A DNA stretch of 64,000 nt from a virus. Its lineage: Duplodnaviria; Caudoviricetes. Of the stretch, positions 37,594-46,824 are shown piece by piece (within the stretch, counting starts at the first letter, position 1; every line of letters begins with the position of its first letter). The translations under genes and the position numbers were made by a program. The DNA lies in IMG/VR virus record IMGVR_UViG_2974702911_000001, positions 12,076-76,075 of that record. One strand, given 5' to 3'. The notes beneath the pieces were generated by a model. That model saw only the letters and a program-made list of their open reading frames with translations. It was not told where the DNA came from and searched no databases.

Positions 37594-37750
37594 ATCACAG
37601 GCTAAAGCGTGGCGCTTGCAGAAGTTCACTCCGGTCACTGGAAAGAACCGGCTGCTCCTGTCATATGAGGGCGGCGACGAGCTTCTGACTGAGAAGGGTG
37701 TCAACGCGGCGCTAACCAGGCTTAGCGAACAGCTAAGGGGCGTGAAGTGA
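37556..37750 (+). CDS. Hypothetical protein
   Basis: ORF in operon. Confidence 0.55.
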   Translation: MSRGKAPETAATESQAKAWRLQKFTPVTGKNRLLLSYEGGDELLTEKGVNAALTRLSEQLRGVK

Positions 37751-37905
37751 CCGCTTACTTCAATGTGCTGCGGGCGGCTGCTGGTGAGAACCCTTGGGGT
37801 CACGGCTGCGCGGGCTGCGGCCAATCCACGTACGGCCAGCGGCACGGCGCTTGCGAGCGCTGCGAGGGCGGCTACGACGACGAAGAGGACTACCCGCGTG
37901 ACTGA
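37747..37905 (+). CDS. Small zinc-ribbon protein (52 aa)
   Basis: GTGA overlap; CAGC...CERC. Confidence 0.55.
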   Translation: MTAYFNVLRAAAGENPWGHGCAGCGQSTYGQRHGACERCEGGYDDEEDYPRD

Positions 37906-38047
37906 GCCGGATGACGACTACGAGAACCCGGTAGGGGAAGTGCTGGACGAGGACACGGTTAGGGACCTGGCCTCCGCTCACTTCACCTACTCCATTGCCG
38001 GTTTGTTGGGAATCAAGTTAGGGAGTCCGTGGTGGCCGTTTACCTGA
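37898..38047 (+). CDS. Hypothetical protein
   Basis: GTG start in the frame of track ORF 37763. Confidence 0.5.
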   Translation: MTEPDDDYENPVGEVLDEDTVRDLASAHFTYSIAGLLGIKLGSPWWPFT

Positions 38048-38889
38048 GGGCTTACACGCCTGAGCTTGGCACTATTCGCAACGTCGCTGAGAAGTTCCAG
38101 TTTCCCGGTGGTGAGGTAGACCTTAAGCACGTTCACCCGTTCTACAGCGGCATGGACGTTACGTGGGTCGCGGACGTACGCGGTGCGGCGCTTGACGACC
38201 TCATGGCGGCGCTTCTGCTGGCTGACCACGCCTTTGAGCGTGACGACAAGTTCGTGCTAATGCTGCCTTACCTCCCGGCCGCTCGGGCCGATAAGGGGTC
38301 CCCACTAGGCGCTCGCGCTTATGCCGACATGCTCAACTATCGGCGGGGGACGTTCGGTAAGCAGGTCATCACCATTGACCCGCATTCTGAGGCCGGGGCG
38401 GGGCATTACAACTCGCTTACGGTGCTTGATTCGCTGCCGCTGCTGGACCGGGCTTTGGAGAGCCAGGGGCATTGGCGTTACGACGGGATCATTTCGCCAG
38501 ATAAGGGCGCGATTGATCGGGCAAGCAGGGTCGCGCAGCATTACGGGCTGGACCTGTACGTGGGCGATAAGAAGCGGGATCAAGCCACCGGCAAGATTCT
38601 TAGCTACGACCTAAGTATTCCTAAGCTCGGCAAGTATCTCGTCGTTGACGATATTTGCGACGGCGGGTGGACCTTCACGGAGCTTGCGCGCGCGAGCGGC
38701 GTTTATCAGCCGCAGTTGGATTTGTGGGTGACGCACGGAATCTTTTCCGGTAACGCGCATCACCTTAAGCGGTATTACCGGCGCATTCTCACGACCGACT
38801 CGCACCCCGGCCATAACCGGGTGGGTGTCGCTACGACGATTGTGCCGACTTTCACTTACATGCATGAGGCAATGGTTAAGGGGCTTTAG
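38029..38889 (+). CDS. Ribose-phosphate pyrophosphokinase-like protein (Adps-like)
   Basis: FPGGE, PYLPAARAD, IDPHS, PDKGA, VVDDICDGGWTF motifs. Confidence 0.9.
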   Translation: MVAVYLRAYTPELGTIRNVAEKFQFPGGEVDLKHVHPFYSGMDVTWVADVRGAALDDLMAALLLADHAFERDDKFVLMLPYLPAARADKGSPLGARAYADMLNYRRGTFGKQVITIDPHSEAGAGHYNSLTVLDSLPLLDRALESQGHWRYDGIISPDKGAIDRASRVAQHYGLDLYVGDKKRDQATGKILSYDLSIPKLGKYLVVDDICDGGWTFTELARASGVYQPQLDLWVTHGIFSGNAHHLKRYYRRILTTDSHPGHNRVGVATTIVPTFTYMHEAMVKGL

Positions 38890-40364
38890 TGAGCACGAAA
38901 TTCGCGCCGGTTGCGGCGCTGTTCCAGACGGACGCATACAAGCTGGGGCACATTCAGCAGTACGCGCTTAGCGGGAACGTGACTAACGTCTATTCCAACT
39001 GGACTAACCGGAAGTCGCGCCTGCCGGGCGTCGATAAGGTCGTTCACTTCGGGTTGCAGGCTTATATCGCTAAGCACCTGATGGAAGCGTTTGAGCCGTT
39101 CTTTGACGCTGATGAGGACACGGTTGCCGCGCTGTACGAGGAACGCGTTACGCAGATTCTCGGGCCTAACACGATTGGCTCTGGTCATATCCGCAAGCTG
39201 CACCAGAAGGGCTACCTTCCGCTGCGGTTCTGCGCGGTGCCGGAGGGGACGATGGTTCCTATCGGCGTGCCCAGCTTCACCGTGGAGAACACGGACCCGG
39301 AGTTCTACTGGCTGACCAACTATGTGGAGACGGGCATTAGCGCGGGTGTGTGGCAGGCCAGCACTAGCGCGACCATCGCTAAGGAATACCGGCGCGTGAT
39401 GATGGACGCGGCGCGGCTTACCGGTGCGGACACGGTTGGCGTTGACTGGCAGATTCACGACTTCTCTTACCGGGGCATGTCCTCGCATGAGAGTGCGGCT
39501 GTGTCGGGCGCGGCTCACCTGTTGAGCTTCACCGGGACGGACTCGCTGGTGGCGCTTGATTGGATCGACCGCTACTACGGCGGCGAGTACATCGCCGGTT
39601 CGGTCCCCGCCACGGAGCATTCGGTGATGTGTACCGGCATTGAGACGGTGGGCGAGCTTGAGACGTTCCAGCGGCTCTTGGCGCTGTACCCGGAGGGGAT
39701 CGTTAGCGTCGTTAGCGACACCTTCGACCTGTGGCGGGTGCTGTGGGAGTACCTGCCTGCGTTGCAGAAGCAGATTCTCGCGCGCAACGGCAAGCTGGTG
39801 ATCCGGCCCGACTCGGGCGATCCGGAAAAGATCATCTGCGGTGATCCTGACGCGCCAGTTGGCTCTAAAGAGTGGTACGGCGTGCTGGGCGCTCTCTACG
39901 AGCACTTCGGCGGCAAGCAGAACGCGGCGGGCTTCATTGAGATTGATTCGCACGTAGGCGTCATTTACGGCGACTCCATCACTCTTGAGCGCGCTAAGAG
40001 CATCACTGACCGGATGGCGAAGCTCGGCTATGCCTCTTCCAATGTGGTGTTCGGCGTGGGCAGCTTCACCTACCAGCACAACACGCGCGACACGTTCGGG
40101 TCCGCGATGAAAGCGACGTGGGTCAAGGTCGGCGGTAACACGTACGACCTGCTTAAGGACCCGGTTACGGACGACGGCACTAAGAAGTCTGCGACCGGGC
40201 GTCTGGCGGTGCTGCGCGATCTGCACGGCGAGCTTGTCTTGCTGCAAAAGGCCGACTGGATGGACGAATACTCGTCGGAGCTTCGTCCGGTTTGGGAGAA
40301 CGGAAAGTTCCTCACCCACCAGTCATTCGCCAACGTCAGAGGCGTGCTCGGGCTGTACTCGTAA
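38889..40364 (+). CDS. Nicotinamide phosphoribosyltransferase-like protein (Namat-like)
   Basis: TDAYK, HDFSYRG, VPATEHSVM, VSDTFD, IRPDSG, IYGDSIT motifs. Confidence 0.93.
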   Translation: MSTKFAPVAALFQTDAYKLGHIQQYALSGNVTNVYSNWTNRKSRLPGVDKVVHFGLQAYIAKHLMEAFEPFFDADEDTVAALYEERVTQILGPNTIGSGHIRKLHQKGYLPLRFCAVPEGTMVPIGVPSFTVENTDPEFYWLTNYVETGISAGVWQASTSATIAKEYRRVMMDAARLTGADTVGVDWQIHDFSYRGMSSHESAAVSGAAHLLSFTGTDSLVALDWIDRYYGGEYIAGSVPATEHSVMCTGIETVGELETFQRLLALYPEGIVSVVSDTFDLWRVLWEYLPALQKQILARNGKLVIRPDSGDPEKIICGDPDAPVGSKEWYGVLGALYEHFGGKQNAAGFIEIDSHVGVIYGDSITLERAKSITDRMAKLGYASSNVVFGVGSFTYQHNTRDTFGSAMKATWVKVGGNTYDLLKDPVTDDGTKKSATGRLAVLRDLHGELVLLQKADWMDEYSSELRPVWENGKFLTHQSFANVRGVLGLYS

Positions 40365-40371
40365 ATTCCAG

Positions 40372-40389
40372 TGTCCGACTTTCCGGACA
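40372..40389. promoter_or_regulatory. Third copy of the 18-bp repressor operator (additional half-site at 40400)
   Basis: tgtccgactttccggaca matches the operators at 22371 and 22437. Confidence 0.75.
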
Positions 40390-40449
40390 GATTCGCGTCT
40401 GTCCGGACTGTCGGTGCTTGACTAATTGCAGACGAGAAAGGGGGTCAGA

Positions 40450-41409
40450 ATGGCTCTGACTCTTACCGCGATGCGGGGATACCCCGGCTCGGGTAAAAGC
40501 ACCAAGGCGCGGGAGATTGCGGACGCTACCGGCGCTGTCGTGGTGTGCAGGGACGACCTGCGGAAGATGCTGCACGGCGTGTACTTCAACACCGGGGATA
40601 ACCACCCTAAGACGCCTAAGGAATTTGAGGATCAGGTAACCATCGCGGAGCGTGCGGCGGTTCAGGCTTACCTCAAAGAAGGCGTGTCGGTTGTCGTGGA
40701 CGCTACGCATTTGGAGCCGTCTTACCTCCGTAAGTGGGCGAAGATGAGCGCGCAGTACGGCGCTGAGTTTGTCCGGGTCGATGTGCCTACTCCGGCATGG
40801 GAGTGCATTCGGCGGGACGCGGAGTACCGCTCGGGGACGCCTAAGTATGTCGGGCCGGAAGTGATTACCCGCATGGCTAAGCGTCACCCGATTAAGAACT
40901 GGCCGAATATCCAAGCGCCTCCGACGTTCAACCCTGAGCCGGTTGAATGGCAAATGGGCCTGCCTGCGGCAATCATTGTCGATATCGACGGGACGCTGGC
41001 TCACATGGCGGGCCGGAGTCCTTACGACTACACACAGGTCCACACCGACACGGTTGACGAGCAAGTTCGGTGGCTAGTGAACACGATTCACCAGCAGTCG
41101 AGTTTCTTTAACGAACCGAGTCCAAAGGTGCTGATTGTGTCCGGTCGGGACGACACCTGCCGGGAGGCTACGGAGAAGTGGCTGGCTGAGCACGGCATCC
41201 GCTACGACGCCTTACATATGCGGCCTACTGGCTCTGTGGACAACCACGGAAACAAGCTGCCGGATTACATGGTCAAGTCGGCCCTGTTCGATAAGCACAT
41301 TCGCGGCAAGTACAACGTCCGTTTTGTGCTGGACGACCGTAATCAGGTCGTGGACCTGTGGCGCTCGCTCGGGCTTAAGTGCCTGCAAGTTCAACCGGGA
41401 GATTTCTAA
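40450..41409 (+). CDS. Polynucleotide kinase/3'-phosphatase (T4 Pnkp-like)
   Basis: GYPGSGKST kinase P-loop, RDDLR; DIDGT HAD phosphatase, SGR, DDR. Confidence 0.93.
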   Translation: MALTLTAMRGYPGSGKSTKAREIADATGAVVVCRDDLRKMLHGVYFNTGDNHPKTPKEFEDQVTIAERAAVQAYLKEGVSVVVDATHLEPSYLRKWAKMSAQYGAEFVRVDVPTPAWECIRRDAEYRSGTPKYVGPEVITRMAKRHPIKNWPNIQAPPTFNPEPVEWQMGLPAAIIVDIDGTLAHMAGRSPYDYTQVHTDTVDEQVRWLVNTIHQQSSFFNEPSPKVLIVSGRDDTCREATEKWLAEHGIRYDALHMRPTGSVDNHGNKLPDYMVKSALFDKHIRGKYNVRFVLDDRNQVVDLWRSLGLKCLQVQPGDF

Positions 41410-41591
41410 TGCCGACGATAAGCATTACCCCCAACGGGGTGCAGTTCCCGATTCCGGATTGTGACGCTGAGGTCTTTTATGACCCTAAGACGCGCACTCT
41501 CCTGATTGAGGGGCTGACAGACGAGGACCGCATTACCACGCGTTCCGACAGTAGGGACGGCTCACAGGCGGTCTTTATCCGGATCGCGTAA
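41409..41591 (+). CDS. Hypothetical protein
   Basis: TAATG overlap. Confidence 0.55.
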   Translation: MPTISITPNGVQFPIPDCDAEVFYDPKTRTLLIEGLTDEDRITTRSDSRDGSQAVFIRIA

Positions 41592-41984
41592 GTGGAGCAC
41601 CGGCTAACAGTGCCTTTCAAACGGCCACCCATGACCGCTAATGATCAGCGGCGCGCACACTGGGCCGTAGTTGCTAAGGCCAAGAAAGAAGTCGGAGACG
41701 TAGTTGAGTGGCAGGCGCGGCGGGCGGGGATTAAGGACTTAGGTCCGTCCGTCGTGTCGGTCCTCTGGTACACGCCCACTAAGCGTGCCACCGACTCCGA
41801 TTCGCTCGGGCCGTTCGTTAAGGGTGCTCTGGACGGCTTAGTAAGGGCCGGGGTCTGGCCCGACGACAACTCGCGTTACGTCAAACAGACCTGCATGGCA
41901 GTTAGTGACGGGGATACGAAAAACCCACGCATCGAGATAAGGATTAGAGAAGTTGGCGACACAGGAATTGAAGTGGTGGCATGA
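41592..41984 (+). CDS. rusA: RusA-like Holliday junction resolvase
   Basis: DSDSL..K..LDGL...DD motif. Confidence 0.8.
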   Translation: MEHRLTVPFKRPPMTANDQRRAHWAVVAKAKKEVGDVVEWQARRAGIKDLGPSVVSVLWYTPTKRATDSDSLGPFVKGALDGLVRAGVWPDDNSRYVKQTCMAVSDGDTKNPRIEIRIREVGDTGIEVVA

Positions 41985-42267
41985 GGCTGAATGCCAGTAC
42001 GTCGGGCTTGAGATTTTCTACAACGAGGGCAGGGGTAACGGAAAGAACGTCTTTTCCGACGCCCGCAAAATCTGCTCGGTGTGCCCGGTCGTTAAGGAAT
42101 GCCTTGAGGACGCCATGCGGGAGGAACGCGGGCTGAGCCGCGATAGGCGATTCGGTTTTCGTGGCGGCTTAACCGCTAACGGGCGATACAACCTCGCTAA
42201 AGAGCGCGGCGAAGCCTCGCTTCGGGACCTGCGGGACAACGACGACTTGATTGGGGAGGCGGCGTGA
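41953..42267 (+). CDS. whiB: WhiB family transcription factor
   Basis: AEC...F...ICSVCPVVKEC...GFRGG. Confidence 0.85.
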   Translation: MATQELKWWHEAECQYVGLEIFYNEGRGNGKNVFSDARKICSVCPVVKECLEDAMREERGLSRDRRFGFRGGLTANGRYNLAKERGEASLRDLRDNDDLIGEAA

Positions 42268-42584
42268 CCGTACAGGCTCTACACCTGTCCGGTGTACGGA
42301 CCCGGCAGATTCCGGAGATGGACATTCCGGCCCTCCCAGGAGCGCTCTGCAAGGGTCATGACGACCCGGACCTATGGCACCCCGGCCCAGGCGCGGGAGG
42401 CCGTAACAGGCGCGATCAGGCCATCGCAATCTGCAAGCAGTGCCCGGTACAGGCCGCGTGTCTGGAATACGCACTGGACTGGGACCGGGACCACACCTAC
42501 CTAGACCGCGTGCAGGGCGTCTGGGGCGGTGTCGCTGAGCCTGACCGCAGGAAAATGCTTAAGGAGAATAAGGGTGCTGCTTAG
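42264..42584 (+). CDS. whiB: WhiB family transcription factor
   Basis: ALC...ICKQCPVQAAC...GVWGG. Confidence 0.9.
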   Translation: MTVQALHLSGVRTRQIPEMDIPALPGALCKGHDDPDLWHPGPGAGGRNRRDQAIAICKQCPVQAACLEYALDWDRDHTYLDRVQGVWGGVAEPDRRKMLKENKGAA

Positions 42585-42828
42585 CACAAAGATCAAGCTG
42601 GACTGCGGAGTTCTGGACTACTCCTACAACCCGGTGCGGGACAACCATTGCGTGAAGTTCCAAGCGGGCTGCACGCGCGGCATGTTCGTCAAGATCGTTC
42701 AGCTTCCCGGCGAGGCGATCAACCTTATCGCTAAGTACCGTGAGGACCCGACTGGCGGCGACGACGTTAAGGCGCTGATCAGTTGGCTCGCCAGCCAGGC
42801 CAAGTTGCCGCGCCAATATGGCGGCTGA
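42571..42828 (+). CDS. Hypothetical protein
   Basis: ORF in operon; start uncertain. Confidence 0.5.
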   Translation, partial: RVLLSTKIKLDCGVLDYSYNPVRDNHCVKFQAGCTRGMFVKIVQLPGEAINLIAKYREDPTGGDDVKALISWLASQAKLPRQYGG

Positions 42829-43384
42829 GCCACGGTGCCGGTCTGGTAAGCGGTGCGTTAGCCGTACGGGGGATGGACCGGCGCTGGTCGCGCTCCGTCC
42901 CCTGTGCGACGGCTGCGTTAAGGACATTCAGAAGTGCCTTGACGAACTGCCCGGCTACATAGGGATGCTTGAGCTTTACAAGGGCTACACGCCCGGCTCG
43001 GTCGGGCAGTCCAAGGTTAGCAACGGCTCTACGGAGCCTAGAGCGCCGCTGAACATGACGGTCATTGATCTGATCGGCCAGGCGTACGCGGTGATCCGTC
43101 GCGTGGACGGCTATCTGGTGCGGGACCTAATCACGCTTAGCGGCGGCTTAGAGATCGCGTTGGATATCCGCGATGTGCATTCCAAGGCTGACGGGATTAT
43201 CGGCCTGCAAAGGGTGTGGGAGCGGCGGCGTGTCCCTTGCCCGGATTGCAACCTAGCCACTCTCGGGGGATGGCTGGGGGAGGACCGCATTTACTGCACT
43301 AACAGTGAGTGCATGTCCGTTTTTACTAAAGCGCAGTACGAAGAGTATTGCTTAGCGAAATCGAAAGAGAGAAAGCGTGGCTAA
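42818..43384 (+). CDS. Zinc-finger hypothetical protein
   Basis: LCDGC and CPDC...C..C motifs. Confidence 0.65.
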   Translation: MAAEPRCRSGKRCVSRTGDGPALVALRPLCDGCVKDIQKCLDELPGYIGMLELYKGYTPGSVGQSKVSNGSTEPRAPLNMTVIDLIGQAYAVIRRVDGYLVRDLITLSGGLEIALDIRDVHSKADGIIGLQRVWERRRVPCPDCNLATLGGWLGEDRIYCTNSECMSVFTKAQYEEYCLAKSKERKRG

Positions 43385-43760
43385 CGCAGCGATTCAGATT
43401 CAGGGCAACCTCACCGCTGATCCGGAACTGAGGTTCTTGGACTCTGGCGTGGCGGTCGCTCAGTTCTCGGTGGCGTCTACTCCCCGCAAGTTCAACAAGC
43501 AGACGAACGAGTGGGAGGACGGCGAAACCGTGTTCCTCCGTACGTCGGTGTGGCGCGAGCTTGCAGAGGGCGCGGCTGAGAACCTGCGTAAGGGTGACAA
43601 CGTTGTCGTGATCGGCAACCTTAAGCAGCGCGCCTACGAGAAGGACGGCCAGACTCGGACCGTCTTTGAGATTGACGGCGAGTTCGTCGGCAAGAGCGTG
43701 CGTGCGCGTAAGAGTGGTGGCGGCTCTAAGGCTGCCGCTAACGACGGTCCCGGCTGGTAA
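43377..43760 (+). CDS. ssb: Single-stranded DNA-binding protein
   Basis: GNLTADPELRF...FSVASTPR...LRKGDNVVVIG. Confidence 0.95.
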   Translation: MANAAIQIQGNLTADPELRFLDSGVAVAQFSVASTPRKFNKQTNEWEDGETVFLRTSVWRELAEGAAENLRKGDNVVVIGNLKQRAYEKDGQTRTVFEIDGEFVGKSVRARKSGGGSKAAANDGPGW

Positions 43761-43783
43761 CAGCCACCGTCCACGAAACTCTT

Positions 43784-44002
43784 ATGTCTCACGAAAAGAC
43801 TTCCGAAGTAGTTCGGAAAATCCATAAGGCTGCGCGCGTCCGGGGGATGGACCTAACCATCCTCCGGCGCGGCGGCAATCACACCATTTACGACTTAGAC
43901 GGTCACATGGTCACTATCCCTAACGGCTCTAAGGTCACGCGGGTTGAGGCCACTTACCGGCAATTGCAGCCGAAACTAGGAAAGGGCTGGTGGCGGCAAT
44001 GA
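43784..44002 (+). CDS. HicA-like toxin-fold protein
   Basis: RGGNHTIY...VTIP motif. Confidence 0.6.
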   Translation: MSHEKTSEVVRKIHKAARVRGMDLTILRRGGNHTIYDLDGHMVTIPNGSKVTRVEATYRQLQPKLGKGWWRQ

Positions 44003-44331
44003 CTGTTTATCGCAATCGCCAGGGGAGCGGGTTGTTCATCGTCTTTAAGTACGTAGACGGTGAGCTTGATACCGGCAGCTATACCGGCAGCTATGCGCGT
44101 AAGCCACCGGCCCGCACATACAACATGCCCGGCCAAGCTAAGGCGCAGTGGAACCGGTTCATTAAGGACGGTTACGACGCGCGCGCGGCTGAAATCGGCT
44201 TTGACGAGAGCGGCCAGCCATTCATCCGCTTCATTGACGAAGAGTGGACGCCCACCGTCGAGCTTTGCAAGTACAGCAAGTACGGCAAGACCTGCAAGTT
44301 AAAGAAAGATCACGAAGGGATTCACCAGTGA
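43999..44331 (+). CDS. Hypothetical protein
   Basis: ATGA overlap. Confidence 0.6.
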   Translation: MTVYRNRQGSGLFIVFKYVDGELDTGSYTGSYARKPPARTYNMPGQAKAQWNRFIKDGYDARAAEIGFDESGQPFIRFIDEEWTPTVELCKYSKYGKTCKLKKDHEGIHQ

Positions 44332-45626
44332 GCTTCGACGCGCCGGAGAACGTTAACTACGCGGCGACCATCGTTAAGCTGCCTGAGCCTCAGGCGGTGC
44401 CGGGGCTGGACAACCTCGTCGGTATCCCGATGTTCGGTTACCAGGCGCTAACGCAGAAGGACTCCGCTAAGGCGGGGGACCTCCGGGTGCTGTTCGTCGC
44501 GGAGACGCAGCTTGACCATGAGTACGCGAGCGCGAACAACCTGTACCGGGAGGCGACCCTTAACGCGGACTCCACGCAGACCGGCTACCTAGAGCAGAAC
44601 GCTCGGGTTAAGGCGATCCGGCTCCGTAAGAACCAGTCGGACTGTCTGCTGATGCCGCTTGAGTCGCTGGCCTACACCGGCTACGACGTGAGCACGCTCA
44701 AGGTCGGGGACACGTTCGACAAGCTGAACGGCCACGTTGTTTGCCGGAAATACGTTCCCGCTGGTCAGCGCACCGCCGGCTCGGTTGCTGGGGCGCCCAA
44801 GATTCGCCAGCGGGTTGACCAGAAGTTGTTCCCGATGCATCTGGACACGGAGCACCTGTTCCGGAACCTCCAATGGTTCCGTAAGCCCCGCCACGTCGTC
44901 ATCACGCAGAAGTTGCATGGGACTAGCTGGCGCGGCGGGAACGTGCCTGTGCGGCGCGATAAGGGCCGTTTGGAGCGCCTTGTGAACCGGTTGGGGATCA
45001 AGACTCCGGACACGGAGTACGAGCATGTGTTCGGCTCGCGCCGGGTGGTCAAGGGCAAGAGCACCGACAACCACTACTACGAGTCCGATCTGTGGACCGA
45101 CTACGGGCAGAAGCTCTTGGGGCTTATCCCTAAGAACTTCATGGTCTACGGCGAGCTTATTGGGTGGGTGGACGACCAGTCCCCGATTCAGAAGGGCTAC
45201 ACGTACAACCTGCTGCCGGGCACCGCTGAGCTTTACGTGTACCGGGTGGCGACGGTTAACGAGGACGGCGTTATCGCTGACCTGTCCTGGGAGGGCGTTA
45301 AGGACTTCTGCCGGTCGCTTGGGCTTAAGTGGACGCCTGAGCTTTGGGCGGGGATCGAATGCGTGCCGCAGTCGGTAGACGATGAGAGCTTCGTTTCCGG
45401 CTACCAGTTGGACTACTTGGACGTGCGGTTTACCGAGAGTCCGGGTGCTGAGCATTTCAACGAGGCTCCGGTGCCGCTTAGCAACGCTAAGACGGTGGAT
45501 GAGGGCATTTGCGTGCGGATTGAGGGTCAGATTCCGCGCGTGTTCAAAGCCAAGTCTCCCAAGTTCTTGGAACACGAGACTAAGGCGCTTGACAACAATG
45601 AGGTCGATTTGGAGGCCGCTGCTTAA
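44328..45626 (+). CDS. ATP-dependent RNA ligase (Rnl2-like, N-terminal OB-like domain)
   Basis: Motif I TQKLHGT, YGELIG, EGICVR, FKAKS. Confidence 0.88.
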   Translation: MSFDAPENVNYAATIVKLPEPQAVPGLDNLVGIPMFGYQALTQKDSAKAGDLRVLFVAETQLDHEYASANNLYREATLNADSTQTGYLEQNARVKAIRLRKNQSDCLLMPLESLAYTGYDVSTLKVGDTFDKLNGHVVCRKYVPAGQRTAGSVAGAPKIRQRVDQKLFPMHLDTEHLFRNLQWFRKPRHVVITQKLHGTSWRGGNVPVRRDKGRLERLVNRLGIKTPDTEYEHVFGSRRVVKGKSTDNHYYESDLWTDYGQKLLGLIPKNFMVYGELIGWVDDQSPIQKGYTYNLLPGTAELYVYRVATVNEDGVIADLSWEGVKDFCRSLGLKWTPELWAGIECVPQSVDDESFVSGYQLDYLDVRFTESPGAEHFNEAPVPLSNAKTVDEGICVRIEGQIPRVFKAKSPKFLEHETKALDNNEVDLEAAA

Positions 45627-46279
45627 TGACTACTGACTACAAAGAGGAACTTCGGGCGTACCGGCTGCGTGAGCTTAAGGCTAAGGCTGAGCTTGCGGAG
45701 TTGCACGTTTCTCAGGCCGCGCGCCAGGAGGCCCATTTCCTAGCGACCGATGACATGGTGCGTAAGCACTACTTCATTGGTGGCGTGGACTCTAAGAACG
45801 TTGCGGACTGCGCGCAGCATCTTGAGTTCTGGCACCGGATTGACCCGACGTGCGACATGACCATTGAGATTCACTCGGGCGGCGGCTCGGCGCTGGCGGG
45901 GATCAACCTGTTTGAGCACCTGACCCGCTACAGCTTGCAGGGCGGCGGGACGCACAAGCTGACCATGCATGTGTGCGGCCTGGCTGCCTCTATGGCGACG
46001 GTGCTGGTGCAGGCTGCCGACGAGCGCGTCATTGGGCCGGAGTCGTGGTTCATGGTGCATGAACTGTCGGGCCAGACGGCGGGCAAGATCGGTGAGCTTG
46101 AGGACACGATGAGCTTCTACCGGCGTCTTAACGACCGTATTGGCGAAATCTATGTGGCCCGGTCGGGCGGCAAGTTGTCCCCGGAGGGCTTTAAGGCTCT
46201 GTGGACGCGGCAGGACGTGTGGCTGACGCCTGTCCAGGCGCTTGACTTCGGCATGGTGGATCGGATTGGAGGCGTTTAA
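45626..46279 (+). CDS. clpP: ClpP-like protease
   Basis: IHSGGG, GLAASMA, FMVHE, ALDFGMVD. Confidence 0.88.
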   Translation: MTTDYKEELRAYRLRELKAKAELAELHVSQAARQEAHFLATDDMVRKHYFIGGVDSKNVADCAQHLEFWHRIDPTCDMTIEIHSGGGSALAGINLFEHLTRYSLQGGGTHKLTMHVCGLAASMATVLVQAADERVIGPESWFMVHELSGQTAGKIGELEDTMSFYRRLNDRIGEIYVARSGGKLSPEGFKALWTRQDVWLTPVQALDFGMVDRIGGV

Positions 46280-46824
46280 TGAGCTTTAAGGCTCCTACCC
46301 TGAGGGATCAGGGCGCATACGGCGTGCAGCCGCATGAGGTCGCGTTCGCGCCTCAGGCTCCGGTGTCGCAGCCGGTGTCCAAGATCAAGGCGATTAAGGC
46401 GGCGCGCGATGCCGTCGAGCAGGGCGGGTTTGGCAACCGGCTGGGCCTTAAGGACGCTAAGGACGCGGTTGAGGCCGTGTTCCAGTCCATTGAGGACCAG
46501 GGGTTCAAGCTCGTTGACTCGCCGGTCGGTGAGGATGAGGTTGTCCTGAGTGACGCGGAGACCAAGGCGGCGCGTAAGGCGCTGACACAGGTCCACGCTA
46601 ACGCGGACGTGAAGCTGGCGGCGGTGCTGGCGGCGATCAACAACATTCGCAACAACGATCCGGTCGGGACGCTGCGTAAGAACAGCAAGGGCCAGTACGC
46701 GTTCTCTTACGAGCCGGGTAAGTGGCTGCTGATCGACGTGGACAAGCCCGCTTACCGGGCTGAGGAATCCCCGGCGCAGAACGCGGCCATTCAGGGTTCC
46801 TGGGCGCTGGTCGCTAAGGGCTAA
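46279..46824 (+). CDS. Protein with ribosomal L7/L12 C-terminal-like segment
   Basis: KIKAIKAAR...LGLKDAKDAVE. Confidence 0.6.
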   Translation: MSFKAPTLRDQGAYGVQPHEVAFAPQAPVSQPVSKIKAIKAARDAVEQGGFGNRLGLKDAKDAVEAVFQSIEDQGFKLVDSPVGEDEVVLSDAETKAARKALTQVHANADVKLAAVLAAINNIRNNDPVGTLRKNSKGQYAFSYEPGKWLLIDVDKPAYRAEESPAQNAAIQGSWALVAKG

